DNA of 64,000 bases from Camelus ferus (GCF_009834535.1 NC_045706.1:10106001-10170000); one strand, 5' to 3'. Numbered from the stretch's first letter, positions 1-12,638 are shown. The notes: generated by a model not told the origin, from the sequence alone. Numbers and translations: made by a program.

Positions 1-1944
1 TTAACAGTAATGGAGATCACTTATTTTAATACCTTGGATGTCTCAGAGTCAGTGTTAATTTGATTTAGAAAATTAAAGGGACCTTTCTTTAACATGATAA
101 CCTTTACGTGTTTGCTCTCACTCCCTAAATCCTACTAAACTCACTAATATTGCAGGTTTTAACCCATAATCTGGGAGATTGGGAAAGAGGAAAATAGCTG
201 TTGAAAGATTTCAATGTTTTTGGAAGACAGACAGACAGCAGATGAAATAATGACAGCAGAGGTGAGGAAGTGACAACCTATGTGTGTGATGCAGGGAAGA
301 TGTACAGAGGGGAGGTTCTGATGGTAAGAGAGTCAGCTCACCCTACAGGACCCTCAAGAAGCTCCAGCTTGGCACCAGAGACTGTGGGAAGCAGGGACAG
401 GACAAGAAACCAAAAGAGAGTGGGTGGATGTCTTGACACAGTGCCGTGGTCCCCCCACCCACCACCACCACCAACTCCTCTCCATCGTCACACATAGCCA
501 CAAACTAGCTTTACCTGTCTTCCTTCTGTAGAAAAATGGACTCTTTAGTATTTGGATAAATGTATCCAGAAATCTCCAAACTCAGGGACATCAGGAGGAA
601 AAGAAGAAGGCACAAAGATAAAAACAGGATGGAGTATGTTAAGTCAAAGTCTGCATTCTGAACAATGGAATTCCCAGCCTGCTTCCCAAATTCTGCTGCC
701 CTCAGGACCCTAAAGCAAGAGATACACTTTCCCTAAGCTGGCGATTGGCATATTCATTTAAGAAAACACTAAATGGTCCAGAGAAAACACTTTAACATAG
801 CAACATTCTGAGTTCCCCCAGGGATAGGTGATGTGACTACCCACACTGGAACCCACGAAGTACCCAGCCCTCCACCCCCAGTCTAAGGCAAACAGAGATC
901 CATGTGAGTGTTTTCAGAGCTTATCCCTTAAGAAAAAGTGGAAAATAGAAATGTGGGGAGAATAAAAGATGAACGAAAACAATTTGAGAAAAATTAAGGT
1001 AAAGGAAACAGAGATGAAGCAGAAACAAAAGAAAAAACTTTTTAAAATACAACCATTACTTTACTGTCCTCAGGGGGATGAAGAAGCTATTCTACGTATA
1101 AAATAAGAACAAAATGCTTTTATAAAAAACAAATGGAAAATCAGATGAAACTCTTAAAAAGAACAAATACACTAACCTAAATTTTTTAAAAACTGAGATA
1201 GGTTTGAAGATAATTTTAAAGAATGACTCAGAAGTCACCTGGGAAAATAAAACCAAAATATGAATAACAGAAGAGAGAGGAAATGCGATGAGAGAATATA
1301 TCTGCGAGGGTCCAAGCAGTAGGAGTTCTAAAGTGTGAGGTCAGAGAAAACAGGCAGGGAAAAATTATTAAGGAAGTAACATAAGAAAATTTCCCAGAAC
1401 TAAATCTGGGTTTCCAGATTGCAAAAGTCTGTTGAGTGTCCTGCCCTGTGAGCAGCACAACATCCACGCCAAGGCTCATCATGATGACATTTCTGAGCAT
1501 TACGATAAAAAGAAAACCAGGGAGGAAAGGTAACAGGTTGCATGCAAAGAAGCAGGAATCAGAATGTTATCAGAGTTTCGAGTAGTAGCATAGGATGCTA
1601 GACAATGATGAGAAATTCCTTTAAAAAATAAGGGAAGATTATTTTCAACCTAGAATTCTACACGGACTCAAGGGTGAATGTAGAATAAAGACTTTTTTTT
1701 GATGTGTAAGGACGCAAAGATTTACCGAAAATACATGTTTCTTTAGAAAGCTACTGGAGAATGTGCTTTCACAAAATGAGAGAGCAAACCCAAGAAGCAG
1801 CAGAAATTCCAGTCCAGGAGAAGATGAAGGGCGGTCTAAGAGCTACTGAACATGGTCCTAGAGAACACTCTATGGGCACTGGAACAGGACCATAGAGGGT
1901 AGTGGGAAGAAGGTCCCCAGCAAAAACTGAGACTGACATGTTTT

Positions 1945-2316
1945 TGTTAGGGACTGAATGTTTGTATCTCCNNNNNNNNNNNNNNNNNNNNNNNNNNNNN
2001 NNNNNNNNNNNNNNNNNNNNNNNNNNNNNNNNNNNNNNNNNNNNNNNNNNNNNNNNNNNNNNNNNNNNNNNNNNNNNNNNNNNNNNNNNNNNNNNNNNNN
2101 NNNNNNNNNNNNNNNNNNNNNNNNNNNNNNNNNNNNNNNNNCACCACGAGAAGCCAGCCAGCCGTCTGTAACTTGAAAGAGGACCCTCACCAGAACTGGG
2201 CAGCTGGCACCTGTCTCAGACATCCAGCCTCCAAAATTATGAGAAATAAATTTCTATAGTTTATAAGCCACCCAGGGTCTGGTACTTCGTTATAGCAGCT
2301 CAAACTGACTAAGATA
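1945..2316 (+). mobile_element. MaLR MLT1 solo LTR (contains an N gap)
   Basis: Starts tgttagggactgaatgtttgt; ends ccagcctccaaaattatgagaaataaatttc...aagccaccca...gactaagata, typical MLT1 termini. Confidence 0.85.
1972..2141. other. Assembly gap (170 N)
   Basis: Run of N. Confidence 1.
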
Positions 2317-2753
2317 ATTATCCAATATGTATGGGTTTTTTCTTTTGAAATATGACAGCCCTTTAGGGGAGTTTAGGAGGGAACTGGCAACAAAACAATA
2401 CAAAATTATGCAAATTATCAACTCCAAGGAAGACAGAACTCTATACGAGAGAGAGCAGTCATAGTGTAATTACTTGGTAGTAATTGCAGTAGTGAGCCAT
2501 GTAGATGGTCACAATGTAAGCATTTTAAATATGTGATTTTTACCAGGAATTGTGAGATAACTCTATCAGGACAGATAGAGGTGGTGAACTGGTAGAGACG
2601 GTAAAAAAGCTAACATTCCGTCACTACAGTAAGTATTGCCTAACACTGATAACTGAAGTAGTACTGTAAACATATTAGTTAGAAAAATAAAATTCCTTAA
2701 TGTCATATCATCTAAATGCATTGTAGGCTTATTTATTTAATAAGTGTCATTAC

Positions 2754-2944
2754 CTGATGAAGGCAGCCGATGTTAAATTTGTATTCAGTATCTTTAAGCC
2801 GCAGTTGCAAAATGTCACATTGTACTTTACTTCGATCCCAATTTATAAGAGCCAGAGAATGCTGACTACCACTGCTTTCCCGAGTTGAAGTGGTGGAATC
2901 TAATTTTGTTAGTATCATGGAACAATTTACCAAGTGCGTGATCA
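2754..2944 (-). CDS. Candidate internal coding exon (191 nt, phase 1 to 0), product unidentified: xITHLVNCSMILTKLDSTTSTRESSGSQHSLALINWDRSKVQCDILQLRLKDTEYKFNIGCLHQ
   Basis: Acceptor ctccatttcatAG and donor cag|GTAATG on the minus strand; exactly one open frame; several CpGs retained in AT-rich DNA. Confidence 0.5.
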
Positions 2945-3865
2945 CTATGAAATGGAGATTTTATATTGTTCCCCAAACCAATTTCATTTTGTCCTATTCA
3001 TGCTTCTGGGTATAATTTAAAAGGTCTTAAAAATTGAATCACCCTGTACTATTATCAGTGCCTATGTTAAGTAACAAGAGTATATACTTGACTCCCATTT
3101 TCCTTTTGTTAATTTTTTTTTTTTTGTCATAAGAAAGTCACACAATCAGAATGAGGATAGATTGAACCATTAAGATTCAGTAGATTTCTTTTCATGAGAA
3201 AAGTTATAATAAAAAGAGGAAATAGAATAAAATTCACCCTGAGATGGCAAATGATCGGATGCTAACTCCTTCCTCTGGCTCCTTTACTTTTGCAGTCATC
3301 ATTCTAGATGCTTTGGCCTGAAGGAGCTTTTAGGTAATTTAAACACATCCTCTGTTCTCAGAACTGAGATAGCCAATTTCATATTTTCCATTTTGCAAGC
3401 AAAGTGGAAGAGGCTCTGGGTGGAAATGAGATGAATGTTTAGTCTAGGCAAAAATATAATTGCTCTGTTAGAAAACACCTTCATCCAGATAGAAAAATTA
3501 ATGTAACTCATTCTGGTGGCATCTTCTTGAGTCAAATACATTTCAAAATAGGGATAGGATAGCATACAAGCTCTGAAATTAAAATGCAGAGATACGTTTG
3601 TATCAAAATCATTTTCCCTCCATCCCTGTAAAATAGGAGGCTACTGCCCAGAACAAACCCGAGAGCCCTCACCCACAGAGGTGACGCACATAGAAAAATT
3701 CAACAGTTTGCGTTGGTGCGCTGCTGCCAACTCCGACATGAGAAAAATCCAAATTAGGTCCTAGACCTACCTGAAGACGATTGCTCCAGGTTATCATTTC
3801 ATTACAGCATCTTTTGGGCTTTAGTGATCATTTTTAACTTTTTTCTTCCACTGGGGAAAGAACTT

Positions 3866-4010
3866 CATTAACTAAATGTTCTAATGAACTAAACTAAAAC
3901 TTGAAATGGAACTAAAATAAAACTATTTTTATTTGACTATTTTATTTAATGAAACTAAAATAAAACTAAAGCTAAACTAAATGTTTTAATGAAGATAACA
4001 ACTGAAAAAC
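3866..4010. repeat. AACTAAA-rich low-complexity tract with an internal 19-bp direct repeat
   Basis: Many aactaaa/aaactaaaa units; aactaaatgttctaatgaa at 3870 and aactaaatgttttaatgaa at 3975. Confidence 0.75.
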
Positions 4011-4779
4011 ATTTGGGGTTGATGGTGATATTTCTCAAAGTCAGGCGAGACCCATGGACAAAGACAATACTTTCGGCAAAGTTGGAGGCCCTCATATGAA
4101 CTCAGAGAAAATGAAAATGGTCATTATTTTACTGCCATTATTGTATTTTGGGTTGAGAAAAAGTGAACTGCTGAATTTGTGTTCATGTAATTCAAGAGAT
4201 GTTTGCCAGCTGACAGGTATTAAGTCTGTAGGTAGAAATCTCAGTCTGGGATTCTGTTTGATACTCATTGCTGCAAATATCAACTTAAAATATACTACAT
4301 CAAAACTGAAGAAAAACAGGCATGTCATTGATAGCTTTCCTTCTGGAAAGATCTTGCCTGTGAGCCCCTGGAGAAACACTGCCTCCCATGATAAAACAAG
4401 GGAGGATTTGGCACCACACTGCCTTTCAGTGTCCCACAGACCCAAGTGTCCAAACACAAAATATCATGCAGTTGTCTGCACCGGTTAAGATGGGGGAAGG
4501 CATAGAGCCTGCCCAGAACACCCAGGCTAGGGTAAGGAGACAATTTCCAAAGGGCTCCCAGAGGCAGGCTAGGGACCAGGATTCCAACATAAGCCTGATG
4601 ATGGGAACTCTCCTCCTGTCCATTGCGTTCCCAGTGGTGGCCTACAACTTGACTTAAGGAAGAGACTTCCCCTCTCCACCCAAACCTATGGCATTTTCTC
4701 CCCACCTGCTCTCTCCACCACCTGTGGAGCACTGGTTTGGTACCCAGGCACCTGGGCTGCACTCAGCCTCTGCCATCTA

Positions 4780-4935
4780 GAGCAGGTGACTTCAGCTCTC
4801 TTGTCTCCTCTTTCCTCATCTGTATAACAGGGAAGATGAATCCAGTACCTGCTGTCTGGGGTTAATATGAGAATCCAGGTGATGATCTGCTTAGCACTGA
4901 GGCTGGCATACAATGTGCAAGGAGTGGCAGTTGTT
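4780..4935. mobile_element. MIR SINE fragment
   Basis: MIR core ttcctcatctgtataacaggg...gcttagcac. Confidence 0.7.
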
Positions 4936-7009
4936 AAATGTTTATCTATTGATGCTTTTAATATTTGTTGGCCTCCTGCTAAGTTGTGATGTTATGGGAC
5001 ACAGAGATGGATCAGACACTGTCGTCCCCTCAGAGAGACCACAGTTACCACCTGGCTCCATGTCTGACTCTTTGGGACTGAGACATCAGACATCACTCCA
5101 GGGCATGAATATGAACTCCCCGCTCAGGCTTCCACCCACCCTGTGTGTCCCACCCAGGATGTCACAGCAGCACATCCCTCTCTATAATTGCTATTTGCTC
5201 TCCCAGCTTCAGAAAATCTTTTACCCAAAGGCTTTCTCCCCCTCTCAGAGTCCTATGGGAATTATGATAAGTAGGTTTTGGAACTCACAAAGTGGGAGAA
5301 GGACAGTTTCATAAAGGGGAGGGATGAGAGAGACAAAATAGCAGGGATCTCCTTCACTAAGGGCTGTGCCAACGCTTGTTCACGGGATTTAACACACAGC
5401 TCTCAGAGAGGAAGTTTTGTTTCTGACTAACGGCATTCATCCCACGCCAAAAATAATCAGGAGCCAGGGCCACAGTCAGCAATCGAACAGCAAGTAGGTA
5501 CCCAGCCCTCATCTGCCCCCACGTGCTAAAGGCATAAAAGACCATGACCCCAGCATGCCTTTGGCTGAATGCAAGTGGAGAGCAACCATACCACTTGGGA
5601 ATGTCACTGCCTAGTGACAGATCTTCTGAATCGAGCCCAGCTTTTAAAGCTAAAAGTCCTCAGGGTCCTCATTATGTTATGCTGCAAAAGTACAAGTGCC
5701 CACAGAATAAGAAATGAGCAAAGGAGGCAGGTCGGGAGTGAGGAAGATGTGTGCTTGGAGGTAAATATGGCTAAGTGGTTAATATCACTTGACTCATGGG
5801 AGCCAAACATGTTTGGAAGCTGGAGTCTTTATGTGTCCAGATCTCTTCTCAGGATGCAGGGGGGAGATGGGTTTCTAAGTCCACAGAAGTGTGCTTTAGC
5901 CTTTGAGTGGTACTTGGGTCCAGAAGACAAGAGTGGCTTTACCTACTGATCTTCATCCTCAATGGCCCCACCAAGAGCCATCTCACTGAAGGGGGCCATT
6001 GAGGGCTCTCAACAAGCCTGCAGGAAGTCAGCTGCCCCCCTATTCTGCAAGCTGAGTTTGCCTGACTACAATTTCCTTCTTTCCTTTTTTAAGGAACTAT
6101 ATCTAATAAACTAACATCCCAGAGAGAAAATGAGCATATTAAAGGCTAAAAAAGTTATAAAGTCTTATAACTTTATATAATATAGTGTTTTTCAAATTTG
6201 TTTGAACATAGACCTGTGTGTGTGTGTAAAACACCCATTAAGACCCCTCTTCTGGAGCACTGTGTTGTTCTGCCTCGCGGCAACAGCCAGGAGAGGGAGC
6301 TGTCCATGGTCCCACCACAACTGCATTTGAGCTCACTGTTGGTCACTGTTGGATCCACCTCTCTGACCAACCCATTGCCCACTCCCCAAGTATCACCCTG
6401 AGCATCACTGACAGTAGCCTGCCAGGCACCGAATCCCCATACAAGGTACAATTCTAGCCCTGAAGTGATCCACAGAGTCCATCCAATACAACCCAGTAAT
6501 TATATAAATGAGAAAACACCTAGAAAGGGGAAGCAAGTTGATAGCTAAGGTAGAAATCGAATTTGGATTCCCCAACTCTTTTTTTAAGTGTTACTTTGAC
6601 TGTTCTATTCCTTCTTCCACTGTTACCCACCTCTTGTCCACCTTGTCTGGGAGACTAGCAGTTCTGGTTACACAGCCCCGATTCCTAACATCGTCAGACT
6701 CAATATAATGCACTGTATAACATATATCTTGCCATTTCTCCTCCAAAGCAGTTCCACTTCCCATTCCAATCCCAGATTCCACTTCCCATTCAACACCACC
6801 ACCATCCTTGTAATTAGTTGCATGTAGGACACAAAAGCCATTTGGGACCTCTCTTATTCCTTAATGCCACATAATCAAAGACACCTAGATGCATAAAAGT
6901 AGACATATGAGGAGGTTTGCTTGTTAGGAAGACCACTCAGGCTACAGTAAGAAAATGGATGTGGCTGGGGCTGGTTCCTCTGCCAGGGAAGTCTTTTCCC
7001 CAGGTACCC

Positions 7010-7320
7010 ACATGGTTGGCTCCTTCACTTCCTTTGAGTCTCTGCTTAAATGTCAACTTGTCATCTTCCCAGTGAGGCCTTATCTGACTACTTTAGATAA
7101 AATAGCAATCTCTCCCTATTTCTCTTACCTGGCTTTATTTTTCTAAATGTCACTTATTAGCTCCTCCCATCACATACCTTTTTGTTGTTGTTGTTCATTT
7201 GTCTTTTCTCTACCTGCCTGCATGACCTTGTAAGTACAAGGCTTTGCCTGTTTTTTTATACACTGCTATGTGTCTAATAGCTAGAACATAGTAGGTGCCC
7301 ATTAAATTTGTTGGACAATG
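7010..7320 (+). mobile_element. L2 3' fragment
   Basis: ctctgcttaaatgtca...gtgaggcctt...tagtaggtgcccattaaatttgttgga. Confidence 0.7.
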
Positions 7321-7334
7321 TTCTAAAAAACATT

Positions 7335-7550
7335 ATTGTACTTAACCCCCTTTTTAGGAACATCAGGGTTTTTTCTGGGGTATAAACCTACAAATGGAAT
7401 TGCTGGGTCAAAGAGTTTGTGCAAATTCAACTTCACTTATGATTTCCAAATTGTTTTCCAATGTGGTTGTATTAAGTTATGTGCCCATAGGTTGTGTTGC
7501 CAAGTTCCTACATCTTTACCAACCCTTGATAGCATGTCTTTCTAATTTTC
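7335..7550 (-). mobile_element. L1 ORF2 3' fragment
   Basis: aaatggaattgctgggtcaaagag...ttccaaattgttttccaatgtggttgta, antisense L1 signature. Confidence 0.75.
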
Positions 7551-7844
7551 AACAGTAAGAGTAGTGATTTTCAGTTATTTAGGAAGAATGATTCTCCAGT
7601 ATAGAAAATATATACCACATAATACTGGAAGGAAATGTATCAAAATGTTAACAAAATAGTAATCTCTGGGAAGTGGAATTATTGGTGATGGCTAGTGGGG
7701 CAGAGTTATAACTCACTGTATAAATTTTCCTGTTTTTATGTGTTTTCCCCATCTCTCTTATGTTCCTGGACCACAAGGGCCATTTTTCCTTACCCCAGGC
7801 CATACTGAAGAGGAGCAAAGCCTCAAAGGGGTCTCTTAATAAGA

Positions 7845-8430
7845 TATAGAAATAATCCAATGCCCATCAACAAACGAGTGGATAAAGAACATGTGATATA
7901 TACATACAAGGGAATAATATTTAGCCTCAAAAAAGAAGGAAATCCTGTCATTTGTGACCACATGGATGAACCATGCATGAGGACATCATGCTAAGTGAAA
8001 TAAGCCAGATAGAGAAAGGGAACAAAAGAAAAACCTGCATGATTGCTCTTATACGTGGTATCTAAAATAGTCAAACTCATAGAAACAAAGAATAGAATGG
8101 CGGTTCCCAGGCGCTGGGAAAAGGTGAGATGGGGAGTTACTGTTCAACTGGTATAAATGTGCAGTTATGAAAGATAAATTAGTTCTGTGCACTATACAGT
8201 ACTGTACACTTAAAAATTTGTTAAGAGGATTCATCTCATATTAAGTGTTCTTAGTATAAAAAAAGCAAAAAAAAAAAAAAAAAGGGACACAAGGAAACTT
8301 TTAGAGGTTGTGGATACATCTGTTACTTTATGGTGATGGTTTCATGGGTATGTGCATATGTCCAAACTCATTAAACTGTGCACATCGTATATCAATTATA
8401 ACTCAATACAACTGTTTAAAAATAAGTAAA
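7845..8430 (+). mobile_element. L1 (L1MA-like) 3' end
   Basis: gaaatcctgtcatttgtgaccacatggatgaac...atgctaagtgaaataagccag...gtcaaactcatagaa. Confidence 0.85.
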
Positions 8431-8919
8431 ATAAGTATGAGACAAGGAGATGCAGTGCTGGCTTACAGAGCTAGTGTCTCCCTCCAAAGGACCAGGCAAG
8501 GCTAAGGCAGGGGAGGAGAGACCAGGATGGAGAAGGAGGCAGAGGGAGAGCAGAGTCAGAGAAGGTAAAACAGGGGAACAGCCTTTTGTCCTGGAGACCA
8601 GGGAGCTGAGTAGAAAAGGGGGGTGTCAAGCTGTTGTGGAATGTAGGCAAGTCCCCTGCTCATCCATCACCTGTGACCAATTCATCAATTAACAGTCCTT
8701 TTTTGGAGATGGATCCACAACGGAAAGACCTGCCTTGATCAGGACAAAATGGCCCAGGATTAATAGAGAATTTCCCAATGAGCTAGAGAGGCAGTTGACA
8801 CTCTGCCAGATACATTTTTTCAGTTCTCAAATTTTCTACCACCAGCATTCAATTTAAAGAGAAGTACTACATGGCCAGGGTTTCTGTAAATACATTACAT
8901 GGCCAGCACTCCCTGGTGG

Positions 8920-9105
8920 GTGATAATGATGTATCAATGTAGATTAGGTTAATTTACAGTTAATCAAATGTAATAAATGTACCACCTTGTGGGAGAATGT
9001 TAATAATGGGGGAGGCTGTGCATGTGTGAGGGCAGGGGGTATGTGGGAAATCTCTATAAATTCTTCTCAATTTTGCTATGAAAACTGCTTTTTTAAAAAA
9101 AGTGT
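8920..9105 (+). mobile_element. L1 (L1MB/MC-like) 3' end
   Basis: aaatgtaccaccttgtgggagaatgttaataatgggggaggctgtgcatgtgtg...gtatgtgggaaatctct. Confidence 0.8.
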
Positions 9106-10564
9106 AACTTTCCAAAAAATTCCACAACCATCTAAAAAGCATCTAAAACAGGAAAAGCAAACCAAACTAGATTTCTATAGATTATCTATGAAGGATTAAA
9201 AACTGTGCTGGTGGGAATTTTTTCATCTATGATGCTAAAGACCAGAAGAGAATGAAGTAACAGCTAAAGACATCTGAGGACGAAAGATTGTTTCCAGGGA
9301 TTTCCTGTGCAAGTTGCTGCTTACGTGCAAGACTAAGAGAAAGACATTATCACAAAGGCAAGAGCTAAGAACAAATACAGCTTCACTTTTGGGGGGGAAA
9401 AAAAAACACTTGAAGAGGTAGATCAATTTTAAGCAAGATAAGAATGCAAATTAAGTACTTAATATGGGGAAATCCTGGTTTTAAAAAAGTGCTTGTAGTG
9501 AGTCCTAAAATTAATTAAAAAGTTAAGTCCAATTGCAAATATGACTGCAGAAGTGAAATTTTCAAATTCCATGATGGAAAAGAAATATAAAACAAGAATT
9601 GTATAATGTAATGTCGATACATAATCACAACCTACATTAACAGAGAACAGGAAGTAGGAAGGAAGGAAGGTGCTGTAAAAACGTGCTAACTTCTCCAGCT
9701 TACCCAGGAGGAACAGAAGGGCAATATTTCATTCTGATCTGGGGTAATTAGAGAACCATAACTTGAAAATGTATTTTAAAAACTTAATGGTAGCTATGAA
9801 TATAATTAAAATCAGAATGTGTACCTTCCGGATGACTGTAGCTGATAAATGAAAATAAGCAAGCCCACTCTTTCTTCCCTACCCTGCTTTATTCTTCTGA
9901 ACACGTTTATTTTTGTCTACTTTCCTCCATTAGAATGTGGGCCACTTGAGAAGACTGACTTTTTATTCACTGCTCACCCAGGGTCCCCATAGAACCAAAC
10001 AAATACCTATTTGCTGGTCTTAAGTTCCATTTTTTTAAGTAGGTAAATGTATTATTTTCCTCCTAGCTTTCTTCCATTGCTTTAATTCTTAGACTTTCTA
10101 AACCCTGAGAACAAAGAATCACTAAGATTTTACTCCAGTAGCTTTATGATGTTAATTTTTAAAAATTTAATTCATTAATCCACAAAGAATTTATTTTGCT
10201 GATACAGCATGAGGTTAAGATTTTCCAGCACTGCTGGCTAAGTAATCACTCCTTCCCCACTGCTGTGTGATGTATTTTTTGTCACGTGACACATTGTATA
10301 TATCAGGCTCCTCTTCTCAGCTGTCTTTTCTTATTTCGTTGCTCTGTTGGTTAATTTTTACATCACAGACACTCTTAAAATTTTTATATACTTAAAATAT
10401 ATGTTACTGTTAGGAAGCACAAGACCTAATCTCTTTCATTTTTATTTATAATATTAAATAAAACATAGCAGTGTTTACTTCTAGTGAAAAATCTGAAAGA
10501 ATTTGAATAATCAGCGATAAGAGGAATGGCGGAGAAAGTTACATTCACACAGTGGACCGCTATG

Positions 10565-10715
10565 CATCAAACAAATCAAAGCTAACGGCTCTAGCTGAAT
10601 TAGCACCACGCCTGTGAATGTACTTAAAGGGAACATCGCTTCCCTGGTTTAGACATTCACAGAGAACAATGCTCTCACAGCCCACACCAGCTGCTGCCGT
10701 GGACAGGACCCTGGG
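10565..10715. repeat. Copy 1 of a diverged ~150-170 bp local duplicate
   Basis: Shares 21 identical nt (catcaaacaaatcaaagctaa) plus cttccctggttt, gctctcacagcc and accctggg with 12639-12810. Confidence 0.85.
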
Positions 10716-11188
10716 ACTTTTAAAAAATCCTATTTCTGAAGAATTCTTAATGGCTTCAAAGAACGTCATGACATGATTAAGTAAAATAATTGAGATAGAA
10801 AACTGTAGGTGCATTTTGAGTCCAGTTTTGAGTCCAAATCTCTATCTTCCTGTTTTAAAGGGTAAATGGAATGAATATGACGGTCAAAGGTTTACCTTGT
10901 ACCATGGAGTTTTCTTTTTACCATAGTACTCTGTAGTTTCCATATTTTCATATTAATAATTTTAAAACCCCTTTGTTAAAACACCACACACGAAGAAGAG
11001 GTTAAAGAGCTTATCTGAGATGTATGACCAGCGAGGCCCACTGCCCGCAAGGCACTCAGTGCGGCCCAAGCCGGCCTCGCGCTGGGTCCACCCCAGACGG
11101 AAGTCCTCAGGCCCTGGCCTGCCCACACCCTTGCCTGCCAGCTCTCTCCTCATGCTTCCTCCTCAGACAGGCGCCCTGCCACACTCAC

Positions 11189-11395
11189 CTCCTGGCCCAA
11201 CGTGGGACACGACGCGCTGGTTGGAACTGGCCAGGCAGTGCTCCCGGAAACAGGCGAAGTTGAGGGCCAAGTCCTGCTGAAGCTCTCAGCTCACTGCTGT
11301 CTCTGCCACTGTCATGACATGAAGCCACCGCCTGCCGACAACGATTCCATCATGTGTGCTTATTACCCAGACTTTTAATCCATAAATCCCGCCAG
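11189..11395 (-). pseudogene. Candidate disabled exon (207 nt, phase 1-1): xGGIYGLKVWVISTHDGIVVGRRWLHVMTVAETAVS*ELQQDLALNFACFREHCLASSNQRVVSHVGPG
   Basis: Strong donor GAG|GTGAGT at 11188; pyrimidine tract ccctccctcttcctgtcactctcccat followed by AT instead of AG; frame open except one TGA (11286-11288); GC3/CpG-rich. Confidence 0.5.
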
Positions 11396-11779
11396 ATATG
11401 GGAGAGTGACAGGAAGAGGGAGGGTATCTCAGGTCTCATGGTCTTTTTCAATTGTTTTCTGCAATTTGAGAAAACAAGCAGATAAATAATCTCGAAGTCA
11501 CTCCTTTCTAGTTCCTGTTTACCCTGTTGTTTTACTTCATGGGCAACCGTAGAGCTTTGGAGTTTTGTTTTTTAAATAGGCGTTTGGCTTTCCAGTTCTC
11601 ATCACCTCTGCAGAGGCTGTAAATACCTCCATGATGTAGTCTATGGGGTACTTGTTCTGGACCAAGGAGGGCCAGCTATCTGGGAACCTTCCCAGCTCTG
11701 CGGAGGTGGACAAAGCAAGGGATTGGTGATGTGCAAATACTGACCCGTCTGTCACATCTGTAGGACACCACCAAGTACG

Positions 11780-11935
11780 TCTATGAACGTGGTCTCATCC
11801 GACCCTCACAAAGGCCCTCAAAGCTATCGTTCTTTCCATTTGGAAGACGAGGGAATTAAGACTCAAAGAGTTTTAAACTTGTTTGCAGTTACGGGACTGG
11901 CCAACAACAGAGCCGGGGCCCCAGGCTTCAGAACC
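11780..11935. mobile_element. MIR fragment
   Basis: cctcacaaaggccc...ccatttggaagacgagggaattaagactcaaagag. Confidence 0.6.
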
Positions 11936-12638
11936 CCTCTTTCACTATGAAATTGTAATCTTATCAGTGTTTAGCTATCTCTGGATTAAATGTATTTGTT
12001 AGAGGCCACAAGCTGCTAGAACAAATGTTCACTTAAGGAGATTGCTCCATATTTTCTAGACACTGGCATCTGAGTTGACTATAGAGAAATGATAAACATG
12101 GCTTAGCAGAGCTTGCATGGAAAGAAAAGAAATTCTAAATTGGAGCTTTGCAAAAAAAATTCCAAATCCAAATTCTGAGTTTTCCCCAAGGGTCATATGC
12201 TAAAATCAAACGTAATTATGGGTTGATTTAATCTACAGAATGGCTAATCCATAGATCATAAACATGAGAGGCCACAAAGAATCAAACCCAAACCAAATAA
12301 GAACTCAAGATATGATTTGTTAAGAATTTTAAAAGAGGAAAATAAAACAGATACCAGCATGTCTCAGGAGCAGATGATCGTGGAGAGATGCCGGTGAGAT
12401 TTTTTTCTTAAAGATATTTATATACGTAAGTTACCTCACCAGCAGCCCTGTGATAGAATGCCTTAAGCGGTGTGACTTACTTCACACATCCTACAAATCC
12501 TGACACACATATAGACATACAAATAATACATTTGCAGTCCTCTTGAGTTAGTATTTGCAGCTTTTTAATAGTAAATACACTGAGGAATCAAACAGGACTT
12601 AATTCTATACAGCGACATGTTAGTTCAGGTTTATTTAA

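Larger units (their letters stand above)
900..2720 (+). mobile_element. Ancient L1 (L1ME-like) ORF1/inter-ORF remnant, interrupted by MLT1
   Basis: Motifs resembling the L1 ORF1 region (gaaaatttcccagaactaaa; gattattttcaacctagaattcta; caggaatcagaatgttatcaga); no intact ORF. Confidence 0.6.

Noticed and set aside
2840-2880. SGSQHSLAL resembling an RCC1 repeat motif
   Set aside because: Flanking residues lack the RCC1 G-x-VY-x-WG pattern; too short to assign
4388-4657. ORF with RVRR and a hydrophobic C-terminus (GPI-like)
   Set aside because: No supporting acceptor, signal peptide or partner exons on the plus strand
10565-10715. H/ACA snoRNA pair (ANANNA and ACA present in both copies)
   Set aside because: The H-to-ACA distance is only 34-37 nt, too short for the 3' hairpin, and the 5' hairpin is not shared between copies
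11286-11288. In-frame TGA as selenocysteine
   Set aside because: No selenoprotein-like context or SECIS seen, and the acceptor is also defective
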